Origin: a bacterium
GTDB taxonomy: Bacteria; JAUVQV01; DATDCY01
Assembly (NCBI GenBank): GCA_036524115.1
Contig: DATDCY010000315.1
Coordinates: 41,917-105,916 of the forward strand
Direction of reading: 5' to 3'
Length of the DNA stretch: 64,000 nucleotides
The notes under the pieces were generated by a model. That model saw nothing but the letters and a program-made list of their open reading frames with translations, did no database searches and was not told where the DNA came from. How positions within the stretch are numbered: position 1 is the first letter of the stretch; each line of letters starts with the position of its first letter. Below are positions 17,081 through 26,444 of this stretch, piece after piece. The position numbers were made by a program, and so were the translations under genes.

Positions 17081-18712
17081 ATGAGCCGGCCCTGGCAGGA
17101 CAAGTACGACCACCCGGTCCCCGAGCCGTTCACGTTCCCGGAGACCACGCTCGACCGGGTCCTCGCCGCCACCGCCGCGGCGCACCCTGACTGGGTCGCG
17201 CTCAGCGCGGGCGACGACAATACGACGTACGCCCAGCTCGACGAGCGCGCCACCCGCGTCGCGCACGGGCTGCGGGCGCTCGGGATCGCGAAGGGGGACC
17301 GCGTCGCGCTGATGCTCCCCAACGCCGCGGCCTACCCGCTGGCGGCGGCCGCGGCGCACAAGATCGGCGCCGTGATCGTGAATGTCGGCGCGATGACCAA
17401 GGGGCCGGAGTTCGCCGCCATCGCCCGCGCGACCGGCGCCCGCGTCCTCGTGACCCTGGACGTGTTCCTGCCGAACGTCCACGGGGCGCTGGCCGCCTCG
17501 GGCATCGAGCACCTGGTCCTGCACTCGGTGTCGGGGCTCGAGCGGCAGCTGCCGCCTCCCGGCGTGCCGACGGTGCCCCTCGGCGACCTGCTGCGTTCGC
17601 ACCCGGCGACGGCGCTGCCCCCGGTGGCGGCGCCGGAGGACCTCGCGCTGCTGCAGATGACGAGCGGCACCAGCGGCAGGCCGAAGGCCGTGAAGCTGAC
17701 GCACCGGAACATCGTCGCGAACCTGTACCAGATCGAGGCCTTTCGGCCGGTCGCCGGCGCGGCCAACGGCGCGGTGATCTGCCTGCCGCCGTTCTTCCAC
17801 GTCTTCGGCTTCACGATCGGGCTCCAGCTCTCCGTGCTGCGCGGCTACCGCATGGTGCTCGTGCCGCGCTTCGACCCGCTGGCCATCGTGCCGCTGCTCG
17901 CGCTGGTCGAGAAGCACCGGCCGGTGGTCTCGCTGCCCGGCGTCCCGGCGCTCTGGAAGGTGCTGGTGAAGCACCTCGAGGCCAGCCCGGCGGCGCGCGA
18001 GATGTTCGCCGCCATCGAGATGCCCTCGTGCGGCGGCGCGCCGCTGCCGCCGGAGCTCAAGGAGCGCTTCCATCAGCTCACCGGCCGCCGGCTCCACGAG
18101 GCGTACGGCCTGTCCGAGGCCGCCTCGACGACGCACATGACGCCCGTGTCGCGCCCGTGCCCGGCAGGGTCGATGGGCATCCCGATCCCGGGGATCGACG
18201 CGCGGATCGCGGACCTCGACGCCCCCGCGCGGACGGTCCCCACCGGCGAAGTCGGCGAGCTGGCGGTGCGCGGGCCGCAGGTGATGGCGGGGTACTGGCT
18301 GGCGCCCGACGCCACGGAGTCGACCTCGCGGCTGAGGGACGGCTGGCTCTTCACCGGGGACCTGGCCCGCATGGACGCGGACGGGTTCTTCTTCATCGTC
18401 GACCGCAGGGACGACCTGATCATCACGAGCGGCTTCAACGTCTACCCGAGCGAGGTGGAGGCGGTGCTCAAGGCGCACCCCGGGGTCGCGGATGCCGCGG
18501 TGGTCGGCGTCCCGGACCCCTCGCACGGCAAGGTGGTCATCGCGCGGGTCGTGCCGCGGGAGAAGGTCGAGCTGAGCGCCGCCGAGGTGCTCGAGCACTG
18601 CCGGCAGCGCCTGCCCGACCACAAGGTGCCGCGCCGCGTGCTCGTCGTCGACGAGATCCCCAAGTCGCCGGTGGGCAAGCCGCTGCGGCGGCAGTTGCGG
18701 GCGGAGGGCTAG
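17081..18712 (+). CDS. Long-chain-fatty-acid--CoA ligase (AMP-dependent synthetase)
   Basis: The AMP-binding motif is LQMTSGTSGRPKAVKLTHRN, and ...GELAVRGPQVMAGYW...ITSGFNVYPSEVE...PKSPVGKPLRR is also present. Confidence 0.85.
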   Translation: MSRPWQDKYDHPVPEPFTFPETTLDRVLAATAAAHPDWVALSAGDDNTTYAQLDERATRVAHGLRALGIAKGDRVALMLPNAAAYPLAAAAAHKIGAVIVNVGAMTKGPEFAAIARATGARVLVTLDVFLPNVHGALAASGIEHLVLHSVSGLERQLPPPGVPTVPLGDLLRSHPATALPPVAAPEDLALLQMTSGTSGRPKAVKLTHRNIVANLYQIEAFRPVAGAANGAVICLPPFFHVFGFTIGLQLSVLRGYRMVLVPRFDPLAIVPLLALVEKHRPVVSLPGVPALWKVLVKHLEASPAAREMFAAIEMPSCGGAPLPPELKERFHQLTGRRLHEAYGLSEAASTTHMTPVSRPCPAGSMGIPIPGIDARIADLDAPARTVPTGEVGELAVRGPQVMAGYWLAPDATESTSRLRDGWLFTGDLARMDADGFFFIVDRRDDLIITSGFNVYPSEVEAVLKAHPGVADAAVVGVPDPSHGKVVIARVVPREKVELSAAEVLEHCRQRLPDHKVPRRVLVVDEIPKSPVGKPLRRQLRAEG

Positions 18713-20097
18713 CTCTTCGCCCGCTGGAAGAGGGCCGCGATGGCCTTGCGGTCGATCTTGCCCGCGGCGGTCACGGGGATCCTGGCGAGCACCTTGACGG
18801 CGCGCGGCCGCGCGTGGGGCGGCAGGGAGGCCAGCGCGGCCGGCCCGAGGTCCAGGCTCGCGGGATCGCCTTCGACGACCGCGACGATCTGGTGCTCGCG
18901 GCCGTTGCCCACGGGGAGGGCGAGGGCGACCGCGTCGCGGACTCCCGGCAGACCCGAGAGACCCTGGCGCACCGCCTCCAGGTCGACGCGCCTGCCGCCG
19001 ACCTTGACGACGCCGTCGGCCCGGCCGCGCAGCTCGAAGCGCGCGCCCGGCGTGGCCTGCGCCAGATCGCTCGTGAGATGGAAGCCGTCGTCATCCCGTG
19101 GCAGTTCGGGCGAGAGGTACTCGGAGCGCACGGCCAGTCGCCCCTCGTTGAGCCGCACGGCGATCTCGGGGAAGGCCTTGAAGTCCCGCTCGCCGGCGTG
19201 ACGGACCCGCGCCGCGATGCCGCCGGTCTCGGTCGAGCCGTAGATCTCCGCGACGGGCGCGCCGGTCCGAGCGCTGAAGGCGAGCGCGTCCTCTTCCGCG
19301 AGGCTGCCGGCGGAGGAGAACGCCAGGCGCAGCGCCGGCAGGTCGCAGGGCTGGCCGTTGAGCGCCCGGTAGTGGGCAGGCACGCTGACCAGGATCGTCG
19401 CCCCGCCCCGGCGGCCGGCGGCCTGGATCTCGGCGGGGAACGTGGGGGTCTCGGCCGCGACCGACGCGGATGCCGCCAGCGGCGTGAGAACGGCGTAGAG
19501 CAGCCCGTAGATGTGGTTCGAGTTCACCGTCGCGAGGACGCGGTCCCGGTCGGTGACCCGGTAGCGCCCGACGATGGCGGACGTCTCCGCCAGGAGGTTG
19601 CGCACCGTCTTGGTCCACATCTTGGGCGCGCCCGTCGAACCGCCGGTGAACAGCCGCAGCCAGCGATCGCCGGGGGACTTGCGCCCCGGAGCGTCGGCCA
19701 ACGGCCGCGGGGGCGTGCGGCGCGCGCCCGGGATGCAGATGCGCACGCCGGCCGGGACCGGCCGGGGCACGTCGCTGATCACGGTGCCGCAGCCTGTCGC
19801 CTGCCGCACCTCCTCCAGCACCGCCTCGTCGAAGGCGTGGGGCAGCACCAGCGTCGCGGGGCCGGCCAGGGTCGCCAGCAGGGCGGCGGCGACCACGGAG
19901 CGGTCCTGCGCGCAGAGGCAGAGTGGCGCCGCCTCGGCCCCGCACTCCGCCGCGATCCCCGCGGCGAGGGCGTGGACCTCCGCGTACGTCGCCCCCCCGA
20001 TCACGAAGTGCCGCCGGGGGTCGTCGGGGCCGGCGAGCAGGCGGCCGATCAACCCCCGCAGCCGGCTGTCCGAAGCTGAATCGTCCATGGCAGGCAT
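18709..20097 (-). CDS. AMP-dependent synthetase/ligase (aryl- or acyl-CoA/ACP ligase-like)
   Basis: LFTGGSTGAPKMWTKTVRN...EIYGSTETGG...VKVGGRRVDLEAV...TAAGKIDRK is present. The start is placed at MPAMDD (20097 or 20088). The N-terminus of the longer ORF is implausible. Confidence 0.75.
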   Translation of the reverse strand: MPAMDDSASDSRLRGLIGRLLAGPDDPRRHFVIGGATYAEVHALAAGIAAECGAEAAPLCLCAQDRSVVAAALLATLAGPATLVLPHAFDEAVLEEVRQATGCGTVISDVPRPVPAGVRICIPGARRTPPRPLADAPGRKSPGDRWLRLFTGGSTGAPKMWTKTVRNLLAETSAIVGRYRVTDRDRVLATVNSNHIYGLLYAVLTPLAASASVAAETPTFPAEIQAAGRRGGATILVSVPAHYRALNGQPCDLPALRLAFSSAGSLAEEDALAFSARTGAPVAEIYGSTETGGIAARVRHAGERDFKAFPEIAVRLNEGRLAVRSEYLSPELPRDDDGFHLTSDLAQATPGARFELRGRADGVVKVGGRRVDLEAVRQGLSGLPGVRDAVALALPVGNGREHQIVAVVEGDPASLDLGPAALASLPPHARPRAVKVLARIPVTAAGKIDRKAIAALFQRAKS

Positions 20098-20178
20098 GAT
20101 CCCGGCGCAAGACTCTATGACCTGGACGCCGCGCCTGTCAACGTGCCGCGTCCGCGGTTGCGCGGCCTGCGCACAGAT

Positions 20179-20207
20179 GCTATACACATCCCCCGAATGG
20201 TGACAGG
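20179..20207 (+). promoter_or_regulatory. Candidate promoter of the darA-darB operon
   Basis: TTGCGC - 17 nt - TATACA lies about 55 nt upstream of the darA ATG. Confidence 0.25.
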
Positions 20208-20261
20208 AAAGGGCCGATCCGTCCGCGTCCGACCCGGGATCCACTTCTTGCCCACGCCGAG

Positions 20262-21218
20262 ATGAGGAAGCGGGTCCTCGTCCTCCACTACTCGCAGACC
20301 GGCCAGCTCACGTCGGCCATCCGGTCCATGATCGGCCCCCTCGAGCGCGATCCGGAGATCGAGGTCACGTGGGAGGAACTCAAGCCGGTCCGGCCGTACC
20401 CCTTTCCCTGGCCGCTGCTGCAGTTCTTCGACGTCTTCCCCGAGTCGGTGTTCCTGGACCCGCCCGCGATGCAGCCGGTCGCCTTCGATCCCGACAGCAG
20501 GTTCGACCTCGTCGTCATCGCCTACCAGGTGTGGTTCCTCTCGCCGTCGCTGCCGGTCACCGGCTTCCTCAAGTCGGAGGCCGCGCGCGTCCTCGACGGC
20601 GCGCCCGTCGTCACGGTGATCGTCTGCCGGAACATGTGGCTCACGGCCCAGGAAAAGATGAGGGCGCTGATCGAAGCCCGGGGCGGGCGGCTCGTGGACA
20701 ACGTGGCCCTCGTCGACCGGGGCTCGCCGTGGACCACCTTCGTCACGACGCCGCGCTGGCTGCTCACCGGGCGCAAGGGGCCCTTCTGGGGCATCTTTCC
20801 CGGCGCGGGCGTGAGCCGCCAGGACATCGAAGGGGCGGCGCGGTTCGGCAGGGCGCTCGCGGACGGGTTGCGAAAGACGGGAGACGGCCCGGTCCGCGAA
20901 TCGATGCTCGCGGGCCTCGGCGCCGTGCGGGTGAATCCGGCGTACATCATGAGCGAGCGGATGGGCCAGAGGAGCTTCCGCGCGTGGGGCCGGCTCCTCA
21001 GGGCCCTCGGCCCGCCGGCCGCGCCGCTGCGGCGGGTGGCGCTCGTCGTCTACGTCGTGTTCCTCGTGTGCCTGATCCTGACCGTCGTCCCCCTGGGGAT
21101 CGTGGTGCGGGCGGTTCTCCGGCCGTTTCTCCGACGGAGGCTGGATGCCGAGGTCGCGCGCCTGGAGGGACCCTCCGGCTCCTCCACCGAGCGCGTGCAA
21201 TCCTTTGGCAGCGCGTGA
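20262..21218 (+). CDS. darA: Dialkylresorcinol-condensing-enzyme-associated protein DarA-like (flavodoxin-like N-terminus, C-terminal TM helix)
   Basis: The N-terminus MRKRVLVLHYSQTGQLT is flavodoxin-like, and the length is about 318 aa. It is immediately followed by a KAS III-like gene. This is recognised from memory of flexirubin and dar cluster annotations, not from a search. Confidence 0.6.
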   Translation: MRKRVLVLHYSQTGQLTSAIRSMIGPLERDPEIEVTWEELKPVRPYPFPWPLLQFFDVFPESVFLDPPAMQPVAFDPDSRFDLVVIAYQVWFLSPSLPVTGFLKSEAARVLDGAPVVTVIVCRNMWLTAQEKMRALIEARGGRLVDNVALVDRGSPWTTFVTTPRWLLTGRKGPFWGIFPGAGVSRQDIEGAARFGRALADGLRKTGDGPVRESMLAGLGAVRVNPAYIMSERMGQRSFRAWGRLLRALGPPAAPLRRVALVVYVVFLVCLILTVVPLGIVVRAVLRPFLRRRLDAEVARLEGPSGSSTERVQSFGSA

Positions 21219-21226
21219 GCGAGGAC

Positions 21227-22378
21227 ATGGCGAACCCGGTCTTCATCACCGACTTCGGCTCCTTCCTGCCGAACGCGCCCGTCGCGAACGACAGGATCGA
21301 GGATGTCCTCGGGATGGTCGGCGGCCGCAAGTCGCGCGCCCGCGCGATCGTGCTGCGCAACAACGGCATCAGGACCCGCCACTACGCCGTCGACCCGGCG
21401 TCCGGGGCCTTCACCCACACCAACGCCCGGATGACGGCCGAGGCGGTGCGGGCGCTGGTCGCCAGGAGCGGCATCGGGCTCGACGACATCGACTGCCTCT
21501 GCTGCGGCACGTCGAGCCCCGACCAGATCCAGCCCTCCCACGGCTGCATGGTCCAGGGGGAGCTTGCCCTGCCGCCGCGGGAGGTGGTGACCACGTCCGG
21601 CGTCTGTCTCTGCGGCCTGGCGGCGATGAAGTACGCCTGGATGACCGTCGCCGCCGGGCTCGTCGGGAGGGCCGTCTCGACCGGGTCGGAGTTCGCATCG
21701 AGCGTGATGAAGGCGTCCACGTTCTGGTGCGACGAGGGCGCCGGTGTCGACGAGCTGGAAAAGCGGCCTTCCCTGGCGTTCGAGAAGGACTTTCTGCGGT
21801 GGATGCTCTCCGACGGGGCCGGGGCCGCGCTGCTGACAAACAGGCGCGCCCCCGACCGGCTGGCCCTCGCCGTGGACTGGATCGAGACCCGATCGTACGC
21901 GGGCCGCCTGCCCGTGTGCATGTACGCCGGCGCCGTGAAACGCGAGGACGGCTCGCTGGAGGGGATGCGCTCGGTCGACCAGCCCGCGCGGATCGTGAAG
22001 GAGCACTTCCTCGCGCTCAAGCAGGATGCGCGGCTTTTGGATGAGCACATGGTCGCCGTGGCGACGGAGGTCCTGCTGGAGGTGGCCGGGAAGCGGGGGC
22101 TCGCGGCGGGCGACGTCACCTGGTTTCTCCCGCACTACTCGTCGGAGTACTTCAGGCCCCGGCTGCACGCCGCGTTCGCGGCGGCCGGCTTCCCGATCGA
22201 CTTCGCGCGGTGGTTCAGCAACCTTCCCGCCAAGGGCAACGTCGGCTCGGCCGCCATCTACCTGATCCTCGAGGAGCTCTTCTACTCGGGCCGGCTCAAG
22301 CGTGGGGACCGCCTGCTCTGCCTCGTCCCGGAGAGCGCCCGGTTCTCGGTCGGCTACATGCTGCTGACCGTGGTGTGA
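21227..22378 (+). CDS. darB: KAS III (FabH)-like ketosynthase DarB-like
   Basis: The FabH-like architecture is present. The active-site Cys context is TTSGVCLCGLAAM, and the C-terminus is ...GNVGSAAIYLILEELF. An ATG at 21227 or an in-frame GTG at 21215 follows the darA stop. Confidence 0.75.
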   Translation: MANPVFITDFGSFLPNAPVANDRIEDVLGMVGGRKSRARAIVLRNNGIRTRHYAVDPASGAFTHTNARMTAEAVRALVARSGIGLDDIDCLCCGTSSPDQIQPSHGCMVQGELALPPREVVTTSGVCLCGLAAMKYAWMTVAAGLVGRAVSTGSEFASSVMKASTFWCDEGAGVDELEKRPSLAFEKDFLRWMLSDGAGAALLTNRRAPDRLALAVDWIETRSYAGRLPVCMYAGAVKREDGSLEGMRSVDQPARIVKEHFLALKQDARLLDEHMVAVATEVLLEVAGKRGLAAGDVTWFLPHYSSEYFRPRLHAAFAAAGFPIDFARWFSNLPAKGNVGSAAIYLILEELFYSGRLKRGDRLLCLVPESARFSVGYMLLTVV

Positions 22379-22388
22379 GGGGCCGCCG

Positions 22389-22802
22389 GTGAAGGCCGAG
22401 GACGTCCCGCAGGAGGAATGGATCTCCGGCCACGGCCGGCGCGCCTGCTATGCCGAGGACGAGAGCGGCAGGTATGTGGTCGTCGCGAGCAGCGGCTGGG
22501 AGGTCGAGCGGATCGTCAACTCCCAGGCCCACGACCAGATCCGGCGCAGGCTCCGCGAGGTGCGGCGCGAGGTGCGCGAGGGCGCGGCGAGCCCGCTCAA
22601 GTACCACATGGAGAGCGCGATGATGGACGCCGGCCTGCTCGCCTCGACGACCGGCCTCTGGAAGTTCCAGGTCAGGCGGCACCTGAAGCCGCGGCACTTC
22701 GCCGCCCTGGACCGCGCCACCCTGGAACGGTACGCGGCGGCCCTGCGCATCTCCGTCGAAGAGCTGCGAAGCCTGCCCGACGAGGAAGGGTGCGGCCCCT
22801 GA
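22389..22802 (+). CDS. Hypothetical protein
   Basis: The ORF is 137 aa and has a GTG start. It shows no recognisable motif. The call rests on position and coding-like composition only. Confidence 0.35.
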   Translation: MKAEDVPQEEWISGHGRRACYAEDESGRYVVVASSGWEVERIVNSQAHDQIRRRLREVRREVREGAASPLKYHMESAMMDAGLLASTTGLWKFQVRRHLKPRHFAALDRATLERYAAALRISVEELRSLPDEEGCGP

Positions 22803-22803
22803 G

Positions 22804-23802
22804 GTGGCCCGGGCCTTCGATCACCGCCATTCGGGGCACTGCGAGACCGGGGCGCTGTCCGCGCTGTTGAGGGACCGCGGACTCGACCTGAGCGAGCCCA
22901 TGGTCTTCGGCCTCGGCGGGGGCGTCTTCTTCGTCCACGCGCCATTCGTGCGCGTGGGGGGCGTGCCGCTCACGGCGTACCGCGACGCGCCAGGGGCGAT
23001 CGTGCGCAGGGTGTGCGCGCGGCTGGGGATCCGCATGCGGACGCACCGCTTCCGGAGCGAGTCGCAGGGCGAAGAGAAGCTCGATGCCCTCCTGGCGGCC
23101 GGGAACTCCGTCGGACTGAGGGCGAGCGTCTACTGTCTCCCGTACTTCCCGAGGGAGATGCGCTTTCGCTTCAACGCGCACCACCTGGTGGTCTTCGACA
23201 GGGAAGGCGGCGAGTACCTGGTCAGCGACCCCGTGTTCGACCACGTCGAGCGCTGCCCGGCGGCGGACCTCGCGCGGGCGCGCTTTGCGAAGGGACTGTT
23301 CGCGCCCAGGGGGCTTCTCTTCTACCCGGAGCGCATTCCGCGGGACTTCGACCTGGACCGCGCCGTCAGGAAGAGCATCCGCTTCACCTGCAGGCGCATG
23401 ACCGCGACGCTGCCGTTCATCGGCGTGCGCGGCATCAGGTACCTGGCGCGCCGGATGCGGCGGTGGCCGGCGAAGCAGGACTACGCGGATGCGGTCCTGA
23501 ACGTGGGGACCGTCGTCCGGATGCAGGAGGAGATCGGCACGGGCGGGGCGGGCTTCCGTTTCATGTACGCAGCGTTCCTGCAGGAGGCGGCCGAGGTGAC
23601 CGGGCTCCCGGCACTCAGGGACGAGGGCAGGGCCATGGCCGAGACGGGGGACCGCTGGCGGGACTTCGCGGTGCAGGGGGCCCGGCTCTGCAAGGGCCAC
23701 GTGCGGGGGGACGCGGCGTTCGACGAGCTCGCCGCGATGCTCGTGGAGTGCGCGGACCGGGAAGAGGGCCTCTATCGGCGGCTGCTCACGATCGTCAGGT
23801 GA
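22804..23802 (+). CDS. BtrH_N-like (papain-fold, C39-related) putative acyltransferase
   Basis: The N-terminal segment HSGHCETGALSALL resembles the BtrH N-terminal domain. This call is tentative. Confidence 0.35.
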   Translation: MARAFDHRHSGHCETGALSALLRDRGLDLSEPMVFGLGGGVFFVHAPFVRVGGVPLTAYRDAPGAIVRRVCARLGIRMRTHRFRSESQGEEKLDALLAAGNSVGLRASVYCLPYFPREMRFRFNAHHLVVFDREGGEYLVSDPVFDHVERCPAADLARARFAKGLFAPRGLLFYPERIPRDFDLDRAVRKSIRFTCRRMTATLPFIGVRGIRYLARRMRRWPAKQDYADAVLNVGTVVRMQEEIGTGGAGFRFMYAAFLQEAAEVTGLPALRDEGRAMAETGDRWRDFAVQGARLCKGHVRGDAAFDELAAMLVECADREEGLYRRLLTIVR

Positions 23803-24076
23803 CGGGGGCGCCGGGCTGGATGACGTCGGCCAGCGCGTTCAGGGATTTCATCACCCGCATGGCCTCCTTCCGGTCGTTGATCTGCACCCCGTAGTCCTTC
23901 TTGAGGGCCACCACCAGCTGCAGCGTGTCCAGCGAATCGAGCTCCAGCGTCGATCCCGGCCCGATCAGGGCCAGGTCCTCGGGGATGGATTCCGGCGCAA
24001 TGTCGAGCCTGCACTCCCTGATGATCAGCGCCTTCAGCCTCGACTTCAGCTCTTCGTCCTCGGAGCCCTTCTTCAC
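23795..24076 (-). CDS. Acyl carrier protein
   Basis: LDSLDTLQLVVAL carries the phosphopantetheine Ser context. The ORF is 93 aa with a GTG start. It is the last gene of the ABC-transporter operon. Confidence 0.75.
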   Translation of the reverse strand: MKKGSEDEELKSRLKALIIRECRLDIAPESIPEDLALIGPGSTLELDSLDTLQLVVALKKDYGVQINDRKEAMRVMKSLNALADVIQPGAPVT

Positions 24077-24133
24077 ACGGCACCTCCGCCCGACACGTCC
24101 TTCACGCCCATTCGTCGACGATCCGCCCCGCGC

Positions 24134-25330
24134 TCAGGAGCGGCTCGCAATCCACCTGAACCGGACCACCGCCACCGACGCGCACACCAGGGAGAACACG
24201 GCCAGGGCCGCGACCCTGGGCAGTATCTCCCGGACGCCCCCGTCGCGCACGAAGATGTCGAGGAACGCCTCCAGCCCCCAGGACATCGGCGAGAGCACCG
24301 TCGCCTTCTGCAGGTAGCGCGGCATCTCGAACGTCGGCACCATGACACCGCCGAGGGCGCCGAAGATGATCGCCGACGTCCCGCCGAGGGTGGCGGCCTG
24401 CTCGACGGACCGGCAGAAGGTCGAGATCATGATGCCGTAGCTGACCGCCGCGAGGCTCGCGCCCGTGGCGACGACCGCCAGGGCCGCCGGCGAGTTGCCC
24501 AGGCGCAGCGCATCGCCGCCGAGGAGCGGGACGATGTAGATGCCGGTCAGGAGCATGAGGGCGAGCTGGACCTGGTTGATGACGAAGAAGGGGATTGCCT
24601 TGCCCAGCAACATGGTCGAGGCGGACACGGGCATCGACAGGATCCGCACGAGGGTTCCCTCCTGGCGCTCCTTGACGAACGCCACGGAGAGAGGGACGAC
24701 GACGAAGAACATCGCGAAGAGGGAATAGGCGGGGACGCTCTGCTGGACCGCGGTCGGCAGGGCGACGGACTTCCCCGAGGCGTTCTCCGGCGCCAGCGCC
24801 GCGAACAGGCGCGGAGGCGCGGCGCCGATCGCCTCGCCGGCCAGCTTCAGCTCCACGCCGAGGAGCGCCTGGTTCAGGACCGAGGCCACCAGGGCGCGGT
24901 GATCCCCCCGCAGCGAGGGGTCGACCAGCAGCCGCAGGGACACGGCGGGCGTCGCGGCTCCGGCCCCGGTCCGGCCCCCCGCGCTCATCGCGGCGCCCGT
25001 CGCACCGGGAGGGACGACGATGCCGAAGGAGTAGCGGCCGTCCGCCACTGCCTTCCTGAGGTCCGCCTCGGTGCCGTCCACGGAGCGCGCCTCGATGCCC
25101 GGCAGGCCGGAGAACCCCCGCAGGACGGCGGTCCCCACCGCGCCCCCGTCCAGGTCCAGCACCGCGCCCGCGAAGACGGCGCCGCCGCCCTTCTCCTTGA
25201 AGACGTCCTCGAGCGCCAGGGACATGATGAGCACGAAGGCCAGCGGCATCAGGAAGAGCACCGCGAGGGCGTCGCGGTCCCGCGCGACGACCCGGGCTTC
25301 CTTGACGACGGACGCGATCAGCCGTGCCAC
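24134..25330 (-). CDS. ABC-2 type transporter permease
   Basis: The N-terminus ARLIASVVKEARVVARDRDALAVLFLMPLAFVLIMSLAL is followed by six hydrophobic spans. The GTG at 25330 overlaps the ATPase gene end by about 13 nt. Confidence 0.7.
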   Translation of the reverse strand: MARLIASVVKEARVVARDRDALAVLFLMPLAFVLIMSLALEDVFKEKGGGAVFAGAVLDLDGGAVGTAVLRGFSGLPGIEARSVDGTEADLRKAVADGRYSFGIVVPPGATGAAMSAGGRTGAGAATPAVSLRLLVDPSLRGDHRALVASVLNQALLGVELKLAGEAIGAAPPRLFAALAPENASGKSVALPTAVQQSVPAYSLFAMFFVVVPLSVAFVKERQEGTLVRILSMPVSASTMLLGKAIPFFVINQVQLALMLLTGIYIVPLLGGDALRLGNSPAALAVVATGASLAAVSYGIMISTFCRSVEQAATLGGTSAIIFGALGGVMVPTFEMPRYLQKATVLSPMSWGLEAFLDIFVRDGGVREILPRVAALAVFSLVCASVAVVRFRWIASRS

Positions 25331-26325
25331 GGCGGATGTCCCCCGGTGCCGCTGCGGCCCTGCGTGAGCGAGAGAAAGAGCTCCTCGAGGCTGGCAGTGC
25401 CCTGGCGCAGCGACAGCACGCCGATGCCGCGCTCCTCGAGGAGGGCGAGCGCGTTGCGGGTCGTCCTGGCCGGCGAGGCGCTGATCAGCGTCAGCGCGCC
25501 GTCCCGCCAGCGCGCCTCCCGGACGGACGGCAGGCCGCCGGCCTCGCGCACGACGGCGTCGGGGACCGGCGCAGCCGTCCTGATCGCGATGACGTCGTGC
25601 CCGAAGCGCGCGAGCAGCTCCCTCACCGGTCCGGTGGCGATCAGCCGCCCCCGGTCCAGGATCGCGATCTCCTGGCACAGGTACTCCACCTCTTCCAGGT
25701 AGTGGCTCGCGTAGAGGACCGTCATCCCCTCGGCGTTCATGCGCTTGAGGCTGTCGTAGAGAAAGTGCCGGGACGGCGGGTCGATGCCGACGGTGGGCTC
25801 GTCCAGAAGGAGCAGCCGCGGGTTGTGGATCAGCCCGACGGCGAGGCTCAGCCTGCGCTTCTGTCCGCCCGAGAGCGTCCGGACCCGCCTGTCCGCGAGG
25901 TCGTGGAGGTCCGCTATATCCAGGCAGCGCTCGATCTCCTTCGCCAGCGCCGGCGCCCGCAGTCCCTGCATGGCGCCGAAGAACGCCAGGTTCTCGCGCG
26001 CGGACAGGGTGGGGTAGAGCGCGATGTCCTGGGGCACGTATCCCAGCGTGGCCTTGATCGCCGAAGGGCGCTCCGAAAGCGGATGCCCGTCGATCGAGAC
26101 CGTGCCCGAATCAGGCCGGATCAACGTGCAGAGGATGGAGAGGAGCGTGGTCTTGCCGGCGCCGTTCGGGCCGAGGAGGCCGAAGAAGCTCCCCCGTCCG
26201 ATGGAAAGGCTCATCCCGTCGAGGGCGGGCCCGTCCGCGCGCCGGTAGGTCTTCGACACGGATGACAGCTCGACGATGGGTCGGGAACCGGGTGTCATGG
26301 GGCTGGCGTCGACGGTCGGAGCCAC
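25318..26325 (-). CDS. ABC transporter ATP-binding protein
   Basis: Walker A is GPNGAGKTT. The signature motif is LSGGQKRRL. Walker B is LLLLDEPT. Confidence 0.85.
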   Translation of the reverse strand: MAPTVDASPMTPGSRPIVELSSVSKTYRRADGPALDGMSLSIGRGSFFGLLGPNGAGKTTLLSILCTLIRPDSGTVSIDGHPLSERPSAIKATLGYVPQDIALYPTLSARENLAFFGAMQGLRAPALAKEIERCLDIADLHDLADRRVRTLSGGQKRRLSLAVGLIHNPRLLLLDEPTVGIDPPSRHFLYDSLKRMNAEGMTVLYASHYLEEVEYLCQEIAILDRGRLIATGPVRELLARFGHDVIAIRTAAPVPDAVVREAGGLPSVREARWRDGALTLISASPARTTRNALALLEERGIGVLSLRQGTASLEELFLSLTQGRSGTGGHPPWHG

Positions 26326-26444
26326 CGGTCGGGCTGGCTCAGAAGGGGGTCACCATTTCGGGCCCGAGTATCGGGAGAGCGCCGGCCGAAGTCAAGTCGG
26401 GCCGGCCGTCGGGGACTCGCGAGCGGCACATGCCGCGACGCGCT

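Noticed and set aside
17021-20244. Shadow ORFs 17021..18622(-), 18028..20079(+), 19091..20110(-) over the two AMP-ligase genes
   Set aside because: They are opposite-strand or alternative-frame partners of genes with clear AMP-binding motifs. They are low complexity.
20115-22168. ORFs 20115..21200(-), 20369..22378 N-terminal extension, 21050..22168(-), 21145..22044(+) over darA/darB
   Set aside because: darA and darB have coherent family features. The others are Arg/Gly/Pro-rich frames without motifs. The long 669-aa plus-strand ORF is the darB frame read through darA in the wrong frame.
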